A stretch of DNA of 64,000 bases, taken from a virus. A program made the position numbers and the translations under genes. The notes below the pieces were generated by a model. It was given only the letters and a program-made list of their open reading frames with translations. It was not told the origin of the DNA and did no database searches. Positions 59,476 to 64,000 of this stretch are shown here, piece after piece. Numbering within the stretch: the stretch's first letter is position 1; the number at the start of each line of letters is the position of its first letter. The stretch spans positions 1 through 64,000 of the IMG/VR virus record IMGVR_UViG_3300045988_139374, one strand, 5' to 3'.

Positions 59476-62237
59476 GAATAGTTTATTTTAGATTAAAAGG
59501 ATATATCAAAGTCTTAAATGGCATGGGGCTCGATGAGATTTCAATTAATATGTCAGATTTTAAGAATCGTATTGTTCTTATTCAAGGTGAGAATGGATGT
59601 GCTAAATCTACTATTATTGATGCTATGAGTCCTAATGTAGATACTAGCGATTCTTATAGAACAGATGTTTTCATTGATGAAAACGGTAATAGACAGATTA
59701 TAGAGTATCCTGCAGAAAAAGAGATTCATTATATATACAATGGTCAAAATGGATCTCAGGATTATTATAAGATTCTTATAGTGTCCGGAGTTGATGGTTC
59801 TAGAACTAAGAGATTAGTTACTAAAGCATATATTTCTAAGAATGGTCAAGAACTCAACCCAAATGGAAATATATCTTCTTTTAAAGAGATCAGAGATTCT
59901 ATGATGGGTATAGATCCTATATATTTGGATTTATCTTCTATTTCTTCTGAGCATCGAGGAATAGTAGATATGATGCCTTCTGATAGAAGAAAATATATGG
60001 CTGCATATATTGGATCTCTTGACACATATAATGAAATCTTTAAACAGATTTCTAAAAAAGCAAATTCTCTTAAGTCTTATATGAATACTATCAATGCTAA
60101 ACTTAGTGAATTTGGTAATGAGAATGAATTAAGACTTAAACTTGCTCAATTAAATGATCAGAAAAAGAAGCTTAATTCTGATAGAGATAAATTGATCAAA
60201 GATCTTTCTGAAGCGGAGACTACAGTAAGATTAATTGATCCTGATAATAAAATGCAGGATCTATATCAATCTATTTCGGATAGATTAGGAACCATTGTTT
60301 CTAGTTTAAAGCAAATTGATGATAATCTAATGCAAGAATACACGAAACTTAAAATATCTCCTGAAAATCAGAATATTGGATATATTACTAGTTTCAAAGC
60401 AGATACAGAAAGACAACTTGATTTTCATAAGAAGTCTCTTGATGAAAAGAAAACTAGAATTTCTGTATTAATGGCCCTTAATGAATCTACTGCAAATACT
60501 ATTAATCAAGATAAGAATACCTATGCAGGTATTGAATCTAATATGATTCAGAATAATCTTGCATCATCTATTGAAGATATCACTAATCGTATTGAATCAT
60601 ATAGTGGATATATTTCAGATGATGATATGGGAATCTTGGATAGTGTATCTATGATAGATTTGGATGAGCTTAAGAAGGCATTAGATAATTTCCTTAATAT
60701 CTTAGGAGTGATTCAAGATGCTGGAGGAGAAAGTGAGATTTGTACTAGTATTGATCTCTATAGCCAATATGATCATAGGTCTATTAATAGAGTACAAAAA
60801 TGGATTCAAGAAAAACGAGATGAAATTACTGTGCGCTCTATGGATGTCAACAATCTTTCTGATCAATGTAGGAAAATGAGAGATGATCTTAAAGAGATTA
60901 ATGAGATGGCTCAAACTAGACCTTCTGAATGCACTATTGATACTTGTCCTTATATTGCAAAATATATTGCTAATAAGGATAAAGTATCTCAAGAGCAAAT
61001 TGATGATCTAATTGGTAAGATATCAGTTCTAGAATCTCAGAATAATCTTGATAAGGTTCAGATAATCTCTTTGGAGAAACAAGGAAATATTCTTCAGCTA
61101 TTAGATGAAGCGATGATTCAGATTAAGAGTTGCATGGGTACTATTAGAAAGATTAGATCTCTTGATGATATTTTCTCTGATAATAAAATTTATAATTTGA
61201 TTAAAAATCATTATGCTTTCACAGAGTTTAATATTGTTGGAGATCTAATTGAAAAAGCCAATATCTATGTGGTCCTTAAAAGCTTGCTTGATCAGAGAAA
61301 ATCAATAGAAGCAGATTATAAGATCTATCAGAATAACAAATCTATGATGGATAAGCTTAATGCTTCTATTGAAGAAAATGAAAAACTATATAAAGAAAGA
61401 GAAAGTGAATTAAAAGAATTAAATAAAAATTGTACTTTTATATCTGGTCTTATTGATACTCTAGAGTCACAGATTGCTATTGCCAATTCTATGATAGAAT
61501 TATTGCAATCTAAAAATCAAATGGATCAAGATAAAAACTCTCTTAAGCAAGAATTTGATTCTGTAAAAGATAGAATTAAAACAGTAAAAGAGAAAGTAGA
61601 TTCTTTAAATACTATTAAAAATAGTATTACAATAATCGAAGATAATCTTGGTCCTATTAATGATACTATTAATGGATTGAATTATTCTTTAAGTAGTATC
61701 GTTGATTATCAACGAGAATATGCAGATAGTGCAGACAGATATGATAAGATATCATTTATTAGAAATGCATGTAATCCTGGAAATGGTTTAGGCATTCAAT
61801 CTGAATATATCAAGAGATATATGAATGATGTGATTATTGACTGCAACCAGATGCTAGGATATATGTTTAATGGATCTATAAGACTTGAAGTTCCAGTAAT
61901 TAATGAGAAACAATTCTCTATTCCTTTTATTGGTCCTAATGGAATTGTAGTACCTGATATTTCTAATGGATCTACTGCACAGAAATGTATGATTGGTCTA
62001 GTATTCTCTTGTGTTGCTATGATGAAGAGTAGTACAACTTATAATATTCCTAGATTTGATGAAATAGATGGCGGTCTAGATCAACAGAATAGAGTAATGT
62101 TTATCAATGTACTAAATTCTATATTAAACTTCATGGGAAGTGAGCAGTGTATTATTTGCTCTCATAATATGGAATTTGATACTCAGTCTACTACAAGAAT
62201 TATATGTTCTCATACAGGTATTAGAATCGAGCAATAA
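59472..62237 (+). CDS. Rad50/SbcC-like (T4 gp46-type) SMC-family ATPase, 921 aa
   Basis: Walker A GENGCAKST. Long coiled-coil middle with a Cys pair (ECTIDTCPY). Walker B/D-loop FDEIDGGLD at the C-terminus. Confidence 0.6.
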   Translation: MRIVYFRLKGYIKVLNGMGLDEISINMSDFKNRIVLIQGENGCAKSTIIDAMSPNVDTSDSYRTDVFIDENGNRQIIEYPAEKEIHYIYNGQNGSQDYYKILIVSGVDGSRTKRLVTKAYISKNGQELNPNGNISSFKEIRDSMMGIDPIYLDLSSISSEHRGIVDMMPSDRRKYMAAYIGSLDTYNEIFKQISKKANSLKSYMNTINAKLSEFGNENELRLKLAQLNDQKKKLNSDRDKLIKDLSEAETTVRLIDPDNKMQDLYQSISDRLGTIVSSLKQIDDNLMQEYTKLKISPENQNIGYITSFKADTERQLDFHKKSLDEKKTRISVLMALNESTANTINQDKNTYAGIESNMIQNNLASSIEDITNRIESYSGYISDDDMGILDSVSMIDLDELKKALDNFLNILGVIQDAGGESEICTSIDLYSQYDHRSINRVQKWIQEKRDEITVRSMDVNNLSDQCRKMRDDLKEINEMAQTRPSECTIDTCPYIAKYIANKDKVSQEQIDDLIGKISVLESQNNLDKVQIISLEKQGNILQLLDEAMIQIKSCMGTIRKIRSLDDIFSDNKIYNLIKNHYAFTEFNIVGDLIEKANIYVVLKSLLDQRKSIEADYKIYQNNKSMMDKLNASIEENEKLYKERESELKELNKNCTFISGLIDTLESQIAIANSMIELLQSKNQMDQDKNSLKQEFDSVKDRIKTVKEKVDSLNTIKNSITIIEDNLGPINDTINGLNYSLSSIVDYQREYADSADRYDKISFIRNACNPGNGLGIQSEYIKRYMNDVIIDCNQMLGYMFNGSIRLEVPVINEKQFSIPFIGPNGIVVPDISNGSTAQKCMIGLVFSCVAMMKSSTTYNIPRFDEIDGGLDQQNRVMFINVLNSILNFMGSEQCIICSHNMEFDTQSTTRIICSHTGIRIEQ

Positions 62238-62239
62238 AA

Positions 62240-62278
62240 ATAGGGTAGAGGAATAAATCCTCTACCCTATTATTTTTT
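62240..62278 (+). terminator. intrinsic terminator (ATAGGGTAGAGGA / TCCTCTACCCTAT)
   Basis: 13-bp stem plus T-tract. Confidence 0.9.
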
Positions 62279-62292
62279 AATAAAAATGCAGA

Positions 62293-62346
62293 TTCAATTA
62301 GATATTATAAATATGAAACAAAGGTAACGGGAATACTAAAGTTTCA
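62293..62346 (+). promoter_or_regulatory. phage promoter box TTCAATTAGATATTATAAATATG plus stem-loop (62314-62319 / 62341-62346)
   Basis: consensus copy; followed by a ~120-nt A-rich leader. Confidence 0.6.
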
Positions 62347-62468
62347 ATAATTTATAGAAGGAAAGTGATAAAAGAAATATAAAATATTTTGGAAAAATTC
62401 TTTTAAAGATAAAAAATGAAAATTAAAAACAATAAAAGGAATGCGTAGCATTCAGAAAGGTATCAATT

Positions 62469-62729
62469 ATGTTTACAACTAATCAATTTAATATCTCTGA
62501 TCTTTATAAAATCACTGCCGTCAAGAGTCATAATAAAGATCATACTACTATTATCACCTGTGAGCAGATCGCTGATGGAGTACCTGAGATTATCAGGAAG
62601 ATGGCTCCTACACGAGTTCATACTATTCCAGATATCAAACCTAAAACAATCATTGATAAAATCAATAATATATGCAAAGGTTATGATAAACAGCTCAAGG
62701 CAATCAATCTACAATGCTGTGGATCTTAA
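62469..62729 (+). CDS. hypothetical protein, 86 aa
   Basis: weak GAAAGG SD. Confidence 0.65.
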   Translation: MFTTNQFNISDLYKITAVKSHNKDHTTIITCEQIADGVPEIIRKMAPTRVHTIPDIKPKTIIDKINNICKGYDKQLKAINLQCCGS

Positions 62730-62752
62730 TTGAATCTGCATTATAAGTAAGT

Positions 62753-62795
62753 AATAGGAGTAGAGATTTATTCTCTACTCCTATTACTTTTTATT
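62753..62795 (+). terminator. intrinsic terminator (AATAGGAGTAGAG / CTCTACTCCTATT)
   Basis: 13-bp stem plus T-rich tail. Confidence 0.85.
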
Positions 62796-62800
62796 AAAAT

Positions 62801-62845
62801 TTCAATTAGATATTATAATACCGAGAGTAATGGATAATTATTCTC
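62801..62845 (+). promoter_or_regulatory. phage promoter box TTCAATTAGATATTATAATACCG plus 5' stem-loop 62823-62845
   Basis: consensus copy. Confidence 0.65.
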
Positions 62846-62874
62846 AATATCTAAAATTTTGGAGGATATAGAAA

Positions 62875-63162
62875 ATGAAAATTCGCGTGAAGTTCAATCG
62901 TTACGGTAGTGAGGTATTTGGAGATTTTTCCATCAACTACTGTGTCAATTTTTCTGTCTACAGAAATAGTGTCTTGAATAGCTATTTCTGCTATCCTAAT
63001 GATGTTCATCCAGGTGATGTCTTTGATATTGAACATGTCGGAGAGAAAGGAGAAAATGACTACAAGATCAATTTTGTGCGCCATGATCCTGCATATCCTA
63101 ACAGATTCTTTAAGAAGCCTATCGAGCTTATTACTAATGAAGGAAGTGAAAATAATAAATGA
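62875..63162 (+). CDS. hypothetical protein, 95 aa
   Basis: GGAGG SD. Confidence 0.8.
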   Translation: MKIRVKFNRYGSEVFGDFSINYCVNFSVYRNSVLNSYFCYPNDVHPGDVFDIEHVGEKGENDYKINFVRHDPAYPNRFFKKPIELITNEGSENNK

Positions 63163-63719
63163 AAAAGTATTTTGCATATGTGGATGGAAGCCCACATTTG
63201 TTTAAATATGCTCCAGAAGATGGTAGAGGAGCAGTAGACTTTCCAATCAACAGTTTGATCAATCAGACTAGCCATGAATATGATGAAGATATCATGGTCG
63301 TGGCTATCATGTGGAAAGGCACTCCCGAGGATAAAATTATTGATTTTAAACAGGAGCTATTTTCTATCCATGATCCTGATCATACTGATCTTAAGATTCT
63401 CAGGATCAAAGAGTTGTTTCCTAAATACTTGATGTCTTTGACTGATTACATGATCATGCATGATTATGTACAGGATGGAGATATTATGTACTGGGATGCA
63501 ACTCAGACAGTCATTGCTCAGTGTATTCATACACTGTTTGTATGGGCATGTGAATCTTATGAAGACATTGGTTGTGAGAAAGTTATTATGACCATTGGTG
63601 ATACAATCTTTGATATAACCACTCAGATCAATGTCGAAGAAATGATTAGAATGTTGAGAAGGAACAATGTTCCAGAAGATAAAGTAAAGGATATTGTTCA
63701 TCAGACATTGACACTCTAA
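63159..63719 (+). CDS. hypothetical protein, 186 aa
   Basis: ATGA overlap with the upstream gene. Confidence 0.8.
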   Translation: MKKYFAYVDGSPHLFKYAPEDGRGAVDFPINSLINQTSHEYDEDIMVVAIMWKGTPEDKIIDFKQELFSIHDPDHTDLKILRIKELFPKYLMSLTDYMIMHDYVQDGDIMYWDATQTVIAQCIHTLFVWACESYEDIGCEKVIMTIGDTIFDITTQINVEEMIRMLRRNNVPEDKVKDIVHQTLTL

Positions 63720-63728
63720 TACAAAAAG

Positions 63729-63767
63729 TGGGGAGAGGTATTTAGCCTCTCCCCATTTATTTTTTTT
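63729..63767. terminator. bidirectional terminator between convergent genes (TGGGGAGAGG / CCTCTCCCCA)
   Basis: GC-rich stem flanked by an A-tract upstream and a T-tract downstream. Confidence 0.85.
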
Positions 63768-64000
63768 AGAAATTATTAAATTCTCCGTTATTAATAACAA
63801 CGACTTTCTTAATAGAATTCAAGTTAGTATTTTTAGCAAGATGAGTACGAGGATCAATAGTATAATCCTCAATAACTAGATTAGAAGTAATAGGCATATT
63901 GGGAATTACTTCTCCAGTTCTAGTATTCATCCACTGGAAATACTTAGCTCCAGTTGCTTGGTCGTAAACGATGACTTCTTCAATATCAGGATTATTATCA
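63766..64000 (-). CDS. C-terminal 77 codons of a leftward-reading gene truncated by the window edge
   Basis: open minus-strand frame ...DNNPDIEEVIVYDQATGAKYFQWMNTRTGE...VVVINNGEFNNF with its stop at 63766-63768. Confidence 0.6.
   Translation of the reverse strand, partial: DNNPDIEEVIVYDQATGAKYFQWMNTRTGEVIPNMPITSNLVIEDYTIDPRTHLAKNTNLNSIKKVVVINNGEFNNF

Noticed and set aside
1-64000. Stop-codon reassignment (as in some AT-rich megaphages), CRISPR arrays, and a diversity-generating retroelement as an explanation for the cassette array
   Set aside because: Long uninterrupted ORFs (up to 921 aa) with conserved motifs read correctly in the standard code. The only apparent premature stop (nrdD) is explained by an intron. 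No regularly spaced direct repeats with unique spacers are present. No reverse transcriptase or template/variable repeat pair with adenine-specific differences is visible in the window.

Overview
Strongly AT-rich, almost entirely plus-strand, densely packed phage DNA. It looks like part of a jumbo phage of an anaerobic, Gram-positive (Firmicute-type) host. Recognisable genes: three pieces of a split multisubunit RNA polymerase (beta-prime N-part 18237-20030, beta C-half 47531-49771, beta N-half 54714-56666); a GroEL-like chaperonin; a Zn-finger/TOPRIM primase; anaerobic ribonucleotide reductase nrdD, interrupted by an ORF-less group I intron (42308-42634), plus nrdG; a RecA/UvsX-like recombinase; an NAD-dependent DNA ligase; a Rad50/SbcC-like ATPase; an SSB-like protein; a DUF2829 (Tad2-like) protein; a holin/membrane-protein/endolysin lysis cassette; and a probable head module (879-aa protein, polyacidic protein, strongly codon-biased 584-aa protein). 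Most other genes are small hypothetical proteins that fall into tandem paralog families. Five genes belong to a Zn-ribbon plus HNH-like (homing-endonuclease-like) family. Non-coding structure is highly regular: an intrinsic terminator (several near-identical hairpin families), then a conserved box wAGATATTATAATAwTG (at least 14 copies), then a sequence-variable 5' stem-loop, then a strong AGGAG-type SD. The oddest locus is 1-1664: four direct cassettes and one inverted copy share a 40-nt 5' box and an ITC[KR]YWYI C-terminus, yet most lack a start codon or SD. No tRNA, rRNA, CRISPR array or stop-codon recoding was seen.
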